Positions 1-9,051 of a DNA stretch of 52,493 nucleotides are shown piece after piece (the stretch's first letter is position 1; each line of letters opens with the position of its first letter). This stretch comes from Nanobdellati archaeon (lineage in GTDB: Archaea > Nanobdellota > Nanobdellia > UBA10117), in contig JACQKZ010000014.1 in assembly GCA_016204275.1 (NCBI GenBank), forward strand, positions 1 to 52,493, read 5' to 3'. The notes under the pieces were generated by a model. That model had not been told where the DNA came from. It saw only the letters and a list, made by a program, of their open reading frames with translations, and did no database searches. A program made the translations under genes and the position numbers.

Positions 1-210
1 ACAGATACAGATGGCGGCAAGAGTATAAATTTCGGCACGTGTACTGGCACGAATGGCACATTAACAGACGGCTGTACATTCTGGGTCGGCAACAATCAAC
101 AATATATTGTAGAACAGTACTGCTTAGCGGATGGCCAGTGCGGTTCTGACTATCGCGCATTCGATTGTTTCGCGATAGGCAAGGTCTGCCAGAACGGAGC
201 TTGCGTTTAG
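1..210 (+). CDS. 3' end of a Cys-rich surface protein (DxDGG...E-x-Y-C...C-x-x-G-A-C repeat), partial
   Basis: Frame 1 is open from the window edge: TDTDGGKSINFGTC...VEQYC...CQNGACV*, a repeat type common in DPANN surface proteins. Confidence 0.7.
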   Translation, partial: TDTDGGKSINFGTCTGTNGTLTDGCTFWVGNNQQYIVEQYCLADGQCGSDYRAFDCFAIGKVCQNGACV

Positions 211-248
211 CTGAAAGGCTTAAAAGATTTTCTGTTTAGTATTTTTTT

Positions 249-623
249 ATGAAAGTCAGTCCATTCGAGGAAGTTAAAGTGCTCGATCAGGTCAAGCCTG
301 GCATATACAAGACAAAAAAACTGGCGGATGGAGTATCGCTGAAATCGAAGGAAGTAATAAAACAGGCCAGCAGTGTCATTCTTGCTGCGCGGGCGTGCGA
401 TGGAATGTTTTACCGCATCAATTCAGATATAGCAGAAACATTGTCTAAAAATGCGGATTTGCTAAAAAAAGGCTACATAAATGCAGTCCTCGAAGAGGCG
501 CTTCCTCTTAACGGAGTCCATGGTTCGCGTTTTGTAATATTTCACCCAAAAAACACAGATCAGGCATTCCTCCTTGGCGATGTCCAAACCGCGCTGAAAA
601 AGCTAACAAAAGTGTCATTATAG
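249..623 (+). CDS. hypothetical protein
   Basis: 124-aa ORF with ATG and an upstream TTAAAA box; no recognised motif. Confidence 0.6.
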   Translation: MKVSPFEEVKVLDQVKPGIYKTKKLADGVSLKSKEVIKQASSVILAARACDGMFYRINSDIAETLSKNADLLKKGYINAVLEEALPLNGVHGSRFVIFHPKNTDQAFLLGDVQTALKKLTKVSL

Positions 624-657
624 AAAGTTTTTTAAACCCAATGTCCCCAAGCCAGCC

Positions 658-1050
658 ATGCAATCGAAACATATTGTTGAAAAAGTGAATGGGCAGGTAT
701 TTTTGCGGATGCAGCCATTGGAGGAGCAACCGCAGAATCACGTAGTTGCAATAATCCAGAATGTATCAAAACAAGTGTTAGTGAGCTACTTGGCAGTTTA
801 TGATTACTCTGGCCAGCTCCCGCACGGAACTACCGTAGGCCTGCAAGATGGGCTTTGCGGCGCGATTTATGAGGAAGATGGCAGTAAAAAAATTATAGTG
901 CAAAAAGATGTGGCACATGGGCGCGTGTTAGAAGGCGCAGTTGCAGATTCTCTGGAAAAATTTTCAAAATCTGTTGAGAAAGAAATGTGGTATGTATTCA
1001 GCAGGCACGCAACGCCAAGCGCAGCATTAGATGATATATTTTCAAACTAA
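658..1050 (+). CDS. hypothetical protein
   Basis: 130-aa ORF; TTTTAAA box about 25 bp upstream. Confidence 0.6.
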   Translation: MQSKHIVEKVNGQVFLRMQPLEEQPQNHVVAIIQNVSKQVLVSYLAVYDYSGQLPHGTTVGLQDGLCGAIYEEDGSKKIIVQKDVAHGRVLEGAVADSLEKFSKSVEKEMWYVFSRHATPSAALDDIFSN

Positions 1051-1051
1051 C

Positions 1052-1552
1052 TCAGTCAGACTTTTTTATTTCGTGGTGTGCCTTAACTAATCTCTTGTGT
1101 GCATGCACAAGCCTTGCAGCAAGAACTCGGATGGCCCTTTGGCTAACCCTTAGAAACCTGCCGGCCAGCCGTTCTTCCTTAACAAGAGCTTCTATTTCTT
1201 TTCCTTCTTTTATGAATACCGATTCGTGCAGCGTTTTTTGGACAAGCTCAGAGCCCTGGCCGAAATCCCTGAAGAATGCAAACGCCCGAAAGATAAGGTA
1301 AAAAGGAAAAACAGCCAGAATTTCAAGCCAGTAAAGTTTCACAAACTTTTTAACATCATGAATCCTGCGCCATTTCATAATCAAATCCAAAATAAAAATT
1401 AAAACAATTATGGCATCTGTGATTGTAACCCACGGTTCGTATTTGTCAAAATCAAAAAATACTTCCCCGATTATTAAAACAGCGAGCGCGATGACTGCCG
1501 GAAATACTAGGGCATCAATAAGCTGTTCAAGCCTTGAGATTCTAGTGGCCAT
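1052..1552 (-). CDS. ion-transport-like membrane protein (voltage-sensor S1-S4 only)
   Basis: S2-like DAIIVLIFILDLIMKW, S3-like YWLEILAVFPF, S4-like RFLRVSQRAIRVLAAR; no pore or GYG filter. Confidence 0.65.
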   Translation of the reverse strand: MATRISRLEQLIDALVFPAVIALAVLIIGEVFFDFDKYEPWVTITDAIIVLIFILDLIMKWRRIHDVKKFVKLYWLEILAVFPFYLIFRAFAFFRDFGQGSELVQKTLHESVFIKEGKEIEALVKEERLAGRFLRVSQRAIRVLAARLVHAHKRLVKAHHEIKKSD

Positions 1553-1612
1553 AGCTTAAATTTAATTCGCACGTATATAAAACTTTATAACTATAATAAA
1601 ACACTCAAAGTT

Positions 1613-2611
1613 ATGGGTATTAACCTCAAAGACCTAGTAATTAAACATCCTATTCAGCTTGAAGACCTGAAGGGAAAGAAGCTGGCGGTTGATGCGTTTA
1701 ATATAATTTTTCAGTTTCTCTCGAGCATCCGGCAGGCCGATGGAACTCCGCTGAAGGATTCTAAGGGAAATGTTACCTCTCACCTTTCGGGTTTGTTTTA
1801 CAGAACGGCAAATTTTCTCGAGGCAGGAATAATGCCGTGCTTTGTGTTTGACGGGAAAGCGCCGGAGGAGAAGCAGGCCACACAGGAGGCCCGCGAAGCC
1901 GTTCGAGAGGGGGCGCGGGAAAAATATGCGGCTGCGCTGGAGAAGGGCGAGCTGGCAGAGGCAAAAAAATATGCGCAGCAGACTTCCAGACTGACTGGCG
2001 AGATGATTAACGAGGCAAAAGAACTCCTTGATGCGATGGGTGTGCCGTGGGTGCAGGCCTTGGCAGAGGGGGAGGCGCAGTGTTCCTACATGGCAAAAAA
2101 GGGGCACGTATGGGCGGCCGCGTCGCAGGATTATGATGCGCTGCTTTATGCAACCCCGCGCCTGATTCGGAATTTGTCAATTTCCGGAAAGAAAAAAATT
2201 GCAAACACATTGAAATACGAGAAGACACAGATTGAAATGATTGACTTGGCAGAGTGCCTTAACTATCTGGCCATGGACATTGATTCGCTGATTAAGGCCG
2301 CCCTGTTAATTGGAACAGATTACAACCCTGGCGGCGTGCAGGGGATCGGCCCGAAGACTGCGCTTAAAGTTGTGCGAGAGAAAAAGTTTGATGAGTACGC
2401 CGAGAAGATACCAAACTGGAAAAAATTATTTGACCTTTTCAAGAATCCACTAGTCACAACAGATTACAAGCTGGATTGGAAGCAGCCTGACGAGAAAAAA
2501 CTGAAAGAGATTCTGGTTGACAGGCATGACTTCAAGGAAGACAGGCTGGCTAGCACTGTAAAACGAATTACTGGCATTGACAGAGGGCAGAAGGGACTGG
2601 GCGAGTTCTGA
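1613..2611 (+). CDS. fen: flap endonuclease 1
   Basis: MG start, AVDAFN, TSHLSGLFYRT, FVFDGK, EGEAQ, SQDYD, GTDYN-x-G-G-x-x-GIGPKTA, C-terminal PIP box QKGLGEF. Confidence 0.97.
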   Translation: MGINLKDLVIKHPIQLEDLKGKKLAVDAFNIIFQFLSSIRQADGTPLKDSKGNVTSHLSGLFYRTANFLEAGIMPCFVFDGKAPEEKQATQEAREAVREGAREKYAAALEKGELAEAKKYAQQTSRLTGEMINEAKELLDAMGVPWVQALAEGEAQCSYMAKKGHVWAAASQDYDALLYATPRLIRNLSISGKKKIANTLKYEKTQIEMIDLAECLNYLAMDIDSLIKAALLIGTDYNPGGVQGIGPKTALKVVREKKFDEYAEKIPNWKKLFDLFKNPLVTTDYKLDWKQPDEKKLKEILVDRHDFKEDRLASTVKRITGIDRGQKGLGEF

Positions 2612-2613
2612 GT

Positions 2614-3042
2614 ATGAAACCAAAAATATTTATTTCATATAGATTTAGTGGCGAAAACAAAGAAAAATTAAAAAATACAATGCGGCAAATTCATAATGCT
2701 ATAGAGAAATCTGGTTGCAGTTGCTATTCAACAATTTTTGATAGTGATCAATTTGCCAACGAAAACTGGAGCGGCAAGAAAATTATGCAAAAATCATTTG
2801 GAGAAATTGATAGCTCAGACGTAGTTTTATTTTTAGTACAAAATAAAAAAATAAGTCCTGGCATGTTAGTAGAATTAGGCTATGTACTTGCCAAAGGCAA
2901 AAAATTGTTATTGGCAATTAATAAAAAAGTAACTGATAGTATATTTAGAAGACAAATTGCGGAAATAATTGAATTTAAAAGTTTGACCGATCTCAAAGGC
3001 AAGCTCTCAGAATTAAAGTGCGATTATACTAAACTCCCATAA
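2614..3042 (+). CDS. nucleoside 2-deoxyribosyltransferase-like protein
   Basis: KIFISY..., IDSSDVVL, SPGMLVELGY motif; AT-rich gene. Confidence 0.7.
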   Translation: MKPKIFISYRFSGENKEKLKNTMRQIHNAIEKSGCSCYSTIFDSDQFANENWSGKKIMQKSFGEIDSSDVVLFLVQNKKISPGMLVELGYVLAKGKKLLLAINKKVTDSIFRRQIAEIIEFKSLTDLKGKLSELKCDYTKLP

Positions 3043-4103
3043 TCTTTATTCTGCATCAGCACCCCATCAACATCTTTTTCGGTAACCCTTGCCAGCCTCT
3101 TCTTGTAAGTTTTCAAAAACCTTTCCAGCTCTTTGTATAACTTTTCTTTTAATTCTGAGCTGAGGATTTTTCCTTTTCTGTAATTTTTTTCTAACTTGTC
3201 TGCCTCAGTTTGGCTCAGGAAGTACGCAGTAAGATATTTTAGCGCGACGTCGTTTTCTGGAATTCCGCCGAGCTTCCTATGCTCTGCCAAGCTTTGCCGG
3301 CCACCAGAAAATGCGCGCATCACTTTCTTTTTTACGGATTGCAGGTCTTCGTCCAAGAAAATTGCGGACTCCGGGCGGGACTTTGACATTTTCTCACCAT
3401 CAATTCCCGGCAGGAGAACGGAGCAAACCTCTGCAGGCTTCGGCAGATTAAACTTCGCTGCAAGGTCGCGAGAGATGCGGATGTATGGATCTTGATCTAG
3501 GCCGACTGGAACTAAAACTTCCTTGTATCCAAGAACGAGCGGGAGTAGGATGTGCGCCGCTTGGACAACCGGGTAGAAAAACATTCCCGAATTTGTGTCA
3601 TCACCATAACCATAGACTGCTTTGATTGTCGAGCCAGTCACTTTTTTTGAAAGTTTTATCGCTAAATTATAGATGTTTGTGTAAATCTGGTCAATGTAGA
3701 CATGCGTCTTCTTCGGGTCAAATCCCAAGGCAAGCAGTTCTTTTACCAGATGCCTCGCATTCTGCAATGCTTCTTTCTGTGTCTCAACCTTGCCGACAAC
3801 GTAAGATTCATCATCGGATATTGGGATGAACGAGTGCACGCCATATTTTTTCTGGAAGAACAAGTGCACGTCTAAAAATGATTTATGACCTAAATGAATT
3901 TTAGAGCTTGGGTTGAAGCCCGATATTATCGCGACTCGCTCGCCCTTTTTTAATTTTGATAAAAACAAATCCAAATCGCGGTGCGAGAACAGCAGTCCAG
4001 ATTGGAAACCCCGGAAGGCAGGCAGGCCCTTCAGCTCAGCAGTGTAGCTAAGCCCGAAGTCTTTCATTAACTGCTTTTGGTCTGCATCTGGTTGAAGTTT
4101 CAT
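3024..4103 (-). CDS. trpS: tryptophan--tRNA ligase (archaeal/eukaryotic type, short N-terminus)
   Basis: HIGH-like HLGH, ISDDE, VPVGLDQDPYIR, KMSKS, AFSGGR...HRKLGG. Confidence 0.92.
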   Translation of the reverse strand: MKLQPDADQKQLMKDFGLSYTAELKGLPAFRGFQSGLLFSHRDLDLFLSKLKKGERVAIISGFNPSSKIHLGHKSFLDVHLFFQKKYGVHSFIPISDDESYVVGKVETQKEALQNARHLVKELLALGFDPKKTHVYIDQIYTNIYNLAIKLSKKVTGSTIKAVYGYGDDTNSGMFFYPVVQAAHILLPLVLGYKEVLVPVGLDQDPYIRISRDLAAKFNLPKPAEVCSVLLPGIDGEKMSKSRPESAIFLDEDLQSVKKKVMRAFSGGRQSLAEHRKLGGIPENDVALKYLTAYFLSQTEADKLEKNYRKGKILSSELKEKLYKELERFLKTYKKRLARVTEKDVDGVLMQNKDYGSLV

Positions 4104-5056
4104 ATCTTATCACTCTTGTTATTGTTTATTAATGTTTGCCTTACGCGCTCAACTTCTTGCATAAATTCCCTTACGCGGGTTTCAGATATTCTATAATCAT
4201 ATGGCTTAACATTTCTTTCTCCCGCGACTTTCTCACCTTCTTTCAGGCTTGTGCTGACTATTGCGCCGTCCGCGTATTTGAAAAGTTCTAAAACGTTTTC
4301 TTTATCAACGCCGCTGCCCAGCAAGATTGGAAAATCTCCTGCGGCACTTCTGGCTTCTCTCAGTTTCTCCATGTTCGGCGCATCTCCAGTCCACCTTCCC
4401 GTCAGGATGATAGCATCCGCCCCCGACTCAATGGCCTGCTTTGTGGAAAGCGCCATGGTTTTAGTTTTATCCAGCATTTCGGCATGTTTGACTTGTACAT
4501 CTGCGAAAATTGCAACGCCCTCCGCGCCAATGCTTCTGCGATACTCAATAACATCTTTTGCGTTGCCACAAATATCACCAAAGTCTGTTTTAACATCGTC
4601 CACAAAAACAGGCACACGTATGAATTTTGCGCCAATCACCTTTGCAATTGCCAGAGCAGCACGATAATCATTAAATAAAACACTTACGCCGATTGGTAAA
4701 TTAGTTTTTTTCCTGATTTCTGCGCCGAAATACGCCATCATCGCAATTGTTTCCGGGCCGACGTTTATCTTGTGCGGGAAGTCGTAGTTGTTTTCTATTA
4801 TTATTCCATCTACACCAATGCCTGCGTGACGCAGTTCATATTCATCTGCACTAATGCCACCATATGTTAAAACTAAGTGGCGCTCTTCATCAGTCAATTT
4901 TCCCATATTTTTGGCTAGAAATGCTTCTAAATCAAAATTAGCCTTTTCTAATATTGCGTCTTTGCTAGTGAAGCCAGCATATCCTAACATTGGCGAGAAA
5001 TGCAGTGCACCGATTATCGGTTTTTTGATTCCAAATATTTTTTCAAGTGTTTTCAT
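4100..5056 (-). CDS. BtpA/SgcQ family TIM-barrel protein
   Basis: KPIIGALH, DGIIIENNYDFP, GVSVLFND, FADVQVKHA, ADAIILTG-x-x-TG, GSGV, DGAIVSTSLK. Confidence 0.9.
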   Translation of the reverse strand: MKTLEKIFGIKKPIIGALHFSPMLGYAGFTSKDAILEKANFDLEAFLAKNMGKLTDEERHLVLTYGGISADEYELRHAGIGVDGIIIENNYDFPHKINVGPETIAMMAYFGAEIRKKTNLPIGVSVLFNDYRAALAIAKVIGAKFIRVPVFVDDVKTDFGDICGNAKDVIEYRRSIGAEGVAIFADVQVKHAEMLDKTKTMALSTKQAIESGADAIILTGRWTGDAPNMEKLREARSAAGDFPILLGSGVDKENVLELFKYADGAIVSTSLKEGEKVAGERNVKPYDYRISETRVREFMQEVERVRQTLINNNKSDKI

Positions 5057-5315
5057 TTTTTACTCCTAACCGTTCTTCTAACGCACGAATACTATGGATA
5101 CTGTTAATTGATATTTCTGCCCGCTCGAAATTATATTTCTGAGCGTGAGCTACATCGCTGCCCAACAGAACAACTTCGCGCAAGTCAAATGTTACTCCGC
5201 GCTCCAGCACTAATTTTCCATTTTTTATTTCTTTTGCAGTGCCATGATAACCGACGTGCATAACTTGCACAAAATATTCATCGCCATAAACCACACGTAC
5301 GCCATTAATTTCCAT
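5043..5315 (-). CDS. hypothetical protein
   Basis: 90-aa ORF overlapping both neighbours in an operon-like arrangement. Confidence 0.6.
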   Translation of the reverse strand: MEINGVRVVYGDEYFVQVMHVGYHGTAKEIKNGKLVLERGVTFDLREVVLLGSDVAHAQKYNFERAEISINSIHSIRALEERLGVKNENT

Positions 5316-5532
5316 TTTTCACTTCCTCTTTAATAAAAGATCCTAATTTTGTAAAATACAGTGGCAGGCCATTCTCAAACTCAACCAGCCCAATAGAACG
5401 CAAATGTTTCAGAATGTGTTTGACTGTAGATTGTGGATAATTCTTAGAAAGCTCACGCACAATTGCCGAAAAAGTTTTGTTTTGATAATTAGAAACACAA
5501 CTAAATATTTCAAGCTGTCTTTTGGTGAGCAC
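5305..5532 (-). CDS. winged helix-turn-helix regulator
   Basis: LTKRQLEIF...STVKHILKHLRSIGLVE...FTKLG pattern; GTG start. Confidence 0.7.
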   Translation of the reverse strand: MLTKRQLEIFSCVSNYQNKTFSAIVRELSKNYPQSTVKHILKHLRSIGLVEFENGLPLYFTKLGSFIKEEVKNGN

Positions 5533-5703
5533 TCTTTCTACAAATGTTTTCAGTCCTGTGCCACCGATATGACGAACCTCTTAATTGAAGTTCGCCTTTT
5601 GTTTGTTTCATAAATTAACCTGTTTGTTACTGTATATAAAGCTTCTGGATAACATTTTTGCCCTTGAAAATGTTTTAAACCTTGACCTTTCTAAAATATG
5701 TGT

Positions 5704-5968
5704 GGGGTCGTAGTTCAATCCGGTAGAATGGCCGCCTCCAGGTACAGCCCCTTTCTTTTTGAAAAAGAAAGGTGCTCTACGAAACCGCCAAAGAAAACGG
5801 TGGGTTCCATGAACCCACAAAGCGCGTTTCGCAGGAGATAGCGGCTGATCTTGGTTCAAAGCGGACTCTGTACGCTTTCGTATGAAATCGCTGATTTCAG
5901 ACGTTCCGCTAAAACTGCGGTTTTAGCGTTATCAGCGAACAGGTTCGATGCAAATCCTGGCGACCCCA
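5704..5968 (+). tRNA. tRNA-Trp (CCA) with two introns (37/38: 5742-5839; T-loop ~59/60: ~5861-5954)
   Basis: Acceptor GGGGTCG/CGACCCC-A; D-arm GTTC/GAAT; anticodon stem GCCGC/GCGGC with CTCCAG; BHB helix CTCC/GGAG with ATA bulge; T-loop TTCAAA...T interrupted by a self-pairing insert; spliced length 73 nt. Confidence 0.88.
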
Positions 5969-6023
5969 CTCATAAATTAAATATAGCATGCAACGCATTT
6001 TGGCGCTACCCCATATTAAAATT

Positions 6024-6623
6024 CTATATTTTTAGATATTTTTGTACAAGCTTATATACAGCATAAAAAATAAAGTATCCGGCAATCACATCCACAGTGT
6101 AATGTATTTTTATCAGCAAAATGTCAACCGCAATCAAGGCAGAAAACAGGAAAAGCAAATATCTAAGATTTTTATTAGTTGTGATAAGTGCAGCAGCAAA
6201 CGGCAGCGCCGCATGTGCTGACGGAAATAAGTCGTTGTCAAACTCGAAGCCGTCAACCAGTCTCGGTGGCCGGCCAGCGGGGGCTTCAAGCAAAGTAACA
6301 GAAAACATCAAAACCCGCAGCAAAAGCGCAAAGCCAAACACGTAATGATATTGTGCGAACTTTGCTGGCTCTTTAAACAAAAACCAGAAAAACAAGAACA
6401 AAAGTATCAAAACAAAACCATACAAATAAAAGCCGATTGTCAGAGGGTTGTGCACAGTCGGCAATAGGTCTAACACAAAATCTTTCGAAGGCTCAGCAGG
6501 AAATTTCTGTAAATATCTGCCAGCCAAAATCCAAAGAGCGATTGAAATAAGTGTGAGCGACAGCGAAGCAATAAATGCATTTCTATATTTAGCGTTTTTT
6601 ATTAATTCAAAAAGTTTTATCAT
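6024..6623 (-). CDS. PAP2-family membrane phosphatase/phosphotransferase
   Basis: About 6 TM segments; DLFPSAH and KIHYTVDV catalytic motifs. Confidence 0.8.
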   Translation of the reverse strand: MIKLFELIKNAKYRNAFIASLSLTLISIALWILAGRYLQKFPAEPSKDFVLDLLPTVHNPLTIGFYLYGFVLILLFLFFWFLFKEPAKFAQYHYVFGFALLLRVLMFSVTLLEAPAGRPPRLVDGFEFDNDLFPSAHAALPFAAALITTNKNLRYLLFLFSALIAVDILLIKIHYTVDVIAGYFIFYAVYKLVQKYLKI

Positions 6624-7672
6624 TTTATTTTTACATCAAACACATATCGCCATGTTTTTGGCGCATACGAGCCAGCCTTCAGCACGCGCAGTATCTTGGC
6701 ATGCCTACCTTCTTTTTCAGCAATTTTTTTAATCTTTTCCTCAGCATCGTTCAGCTTATCCTCGCGCACAAAGGCATAAAAGTGTATAGTGCTATTTTTG
6801 TTTGCGTATTTAATTGCTAATTCTAAAAAATCCCAGCTTTTTTCCGGGAATGGCATTATTATCCGGTCAAATTTTTGGCCAAGTTTTGGCAGAACTTCGT
6901 TAACGTCGCCCAAAACAGGATTTATGGCAAACCCGAGCCTGTTCAGCCGTATATTTTCTTCCATAAATTTAAACGCGTCGGGATTTATTTCGATTGCGGT
7001 TATCTGAGTGTTCTGATTTTTGCTGGCAATTACAAGCGCAAATGGCCCAATGCCCGCAAACATAACTAGGATCTGTTCGCCATTTTTGACAAGGCCAGCC
7101 ACGCGTTCGCGTTCGCGTGAACTCCTTGGCGAAAAATATGCCTTTCCAAGGTCAGTATGCATCATAAGCCCGCCTTCCTTGTGCATTGTTTCCAGCCTTC
7201 GTTCTCCGGTAAGTATCTCATATTTTCGCAACCGGTATTCTTCATCAGCAGAGCCAACCTTGCCCATTTTTCTTGCTACGACGCCGATGTATGGGAACGC
7301 GCGCTTGAACGCCCATGCTATGCTGACTGCCAGCCTGTCAAGCCTTGGCGGAATCTCTAGGATTGCAATGTCGCCGATAACATCATAGCTGCGCACAAGC
7401 TCGCCAATCTGTTCTTCCGTAAGTATGTTTTTGAGAAGGTGTTTTAAATCAGTCTGGTGCGGCGGAATTTTCTGCAGATTTTTTTCCTCAAACTTCGAGC
7501 CAGGAAATTTTTTCAAAAGAATGTGTTTGTCAAACCGGCCGGCAATCGGCAGAATCAAATACATCTTCTCCGTTTTTCCAATTAGCCGCTCGGTGTCAAG
7601 CCAGCCCTTCTCCCGCAGGAATTGCTTGGCATCTTCACCGTGTATTTTTTTGACTTTAAGACAAACGACCAT
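6620..7672 (-). CDS. trm5: Trm5/Tyw2-family tRNA methyltransferase (m1G37)
   Basis: SYDVIGDIAIL, YFSPR-x-x-x-ER-x-R, MFAGIGPF SAM motif, EINPDA, DRIIMP. Confidence 0.85.
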   Translation of the reverse strand: MVVCLKVKKIHGEDAKQFLREKGWLDTERLIGKTEKMYLILPIAGRFDKHILLKKFPGSKFEEKNLQKIPPHQTDLKHLLKNILTEEQIGELVRSYDVIGDIAILEIPPRLDRLAVSIAWAFKRAFPYIGVVARKMGKVGSADEEYRLRKYEILTGERRLETMHKEGGLMMHTDLGKAYFSPRSSRERERVAGLVKNGEQILVMFAGIGPFALVIASKNQNTQITAIEINPDAFKFMEENIRLNRLGFAINPVLGDVNEVLPKLGQKFDRIIMPFPEKSWDFLELAIKYANKNSTIHFYAFVREDKLNDAEEKIKKIAEKEGRHAKILRVLKAGSYAPKTWRYVFDVKIK

Positions 7673-7702
7673 AAAATTCTTACTAAACGCCGATTTAAAA
7701 CT

Positions 7703-9001
7703 TTAAGCCTGAAGGGCAGGCAACGCCATCTCTGCCCTTGCAAGCTCAGGCAGCAATTGCTCAGCCATACTAATCGATTTATCGAGTTTTTGTAAAATAG
7801 ATATTTTTGTCTTACTGTTGGGCAGCCTTAGCAAAGCAGCCCTCAGCCTGCCGTCCTCGCTTTTGCCAACAGAAACAATTGATCTTAGTATATTTGAAAT
7901 TGCAAGAAATGCATTTCTTTTGATGTTTATGTTAATATTCTTTTTTTCGGATTGGTATGTGTTCATCGCCCGTTCAACAGATAAAAATAAATTTTGCGAT
8001 GTTTGTATGTCTGCAAGGCTGAGCACGCGCTTAATATCAGTATCTTTTGATTCTGTTTTAAGAACGTTTTTAAGCGCGTTGGTTAATTGTTTGAGCGCGG
8101 TGCCAAGTTCATAGTCTACTTTGTCAATCGCGCGCGCAGTTTGCTCTTCCCATGCAAGCCTGGCCTTTTCAGCTTCCAATCGCTGAAGCTCAGCCCGCTC
8201 TTTTGTAATATCTTGTTCTTCAGCGGCTAAAAATTGTCCCAGGGCAGCGGCCTCCTGTTGCTCAGAAAATCCGCGCCTGCGTTCCTGTGCTACCACACGC
8301 TGTTCAACAACAGCCATTTGTTTTGCCATTCCTTTTTGTATCTGTTGCATAACCTGCTGCCTTGTTTTTGCAGTAATTTTTATAGACATCTGGCCCTGTT
8401 TTTGCTGCTGGGCCAGCCGATTGATAAACTGAAGTTCTCTCTGTTTTCTTTGCTCTTCCATTTGTATGCGTTGCAGCTTTTGCCGCAGCAGTTGTACCCG
8501 CGCGTTTTGGCCAATTTTTTCTGCTGTTGTTATTTCGCTGTTTATATCTTTTATTTTTTTCTGCGCGTCTTTCAGTTCCGCGCTCTTTTGTTTTTTAATC
8601 GCAGCCAATGCCTTCGCGGCACGATTGGAAAGTCGGGCTTCTCCCTTGCCAGCCGTAGCAGCTCTTTTTTCAGCAGCCATTGCCGGCCCAGCAGCGCCGG
8701 CAGCTTCCGCCCTGCTTGCCTGCGCATCGGAGGCGGCTTCCACTTGCGCGTCTCTTGCGGCGCTGCCTTCTTCTGACAATGCTTCCTCATCTTCATAAAT
8801 TTCTTTTTTTTCAGTTTCTAAACCAAATCTTGCCAGCCTCTCCTCTCTGTTTTCAGCCCTTGCCTCGCTGCTAACCGCGCCGGCCAGCCCGCGCATACCT
8901 CTTGTCAGCGCCCATGTCAGCGCAATAACCACACCAAAAATTCCAAAGCCGCCAAGAGCCCATACCGCACCACCTCCAAAAATATCGACAGGGAAAGCCA
9001 T
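7703..9001 (-). CDS. membrane-anchored coiled-coil protein
   Basis: N-terminal Gly-rich TM helix followed by about 380 aa of A/E/Q/K/R-rich helical sequence. Confidence 0.7.
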   Translation of the reverse strand: MAFPVDIFGGGAVWALGGFGIFGVVIALTWALTRGMRGLAGAVSSEARAENREERLARFGLETEKKEIYEDEEALSEEGSAARDAQVEAASDAQASRAEAAGAAGPAMAAEKRAATAGKGEARLSNRAAKALAAIKKQKSAELKDAQKKIKDINSEITTAEKIGQNARVQLLRQKLQRIQMEEQRKQRELQFINRLAQQQKQGQMSIKITAKTRQQVMQQIQKGMAKQMAVVEQRVVAQERRRGFSEQQEAAALGQFLAAEEQDITKERAELQRLEAEKARLAWEEQTARAIDKVDYELGTALKQLTNALKNVLKTESKDTDIKRVLSLADIQTSQNLFLSVERAMNTYQSEKKNININIKRNAFLAISNILRSIVSVGKSEDGRLRAALLRLPNSKTKISILQKLDKSISMAEQLLPELARAEMALPALQA

Positions 9002-9051
9002 GTCTTATTAACCTGGCTCATATTTAAAAACCTTATATCTGGATTTTGCAT

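Noticed and set aside
3024-4103. TyrRS assignment
   Set aside because: GxDQDPY and AFSGGR...HRKLGG motifs are TrpRS-specific
5742-5839. C/D box guide RNA in the tRNA-Trp intron
   Set aside because: No RTGATGA/CTGA box pair is visible
5608-6066. ORFs 5608-5859(-) and 5851-6066(+)
   Set aside because: They overlap the intron-containing tRNA-Trp and have no protein-like features
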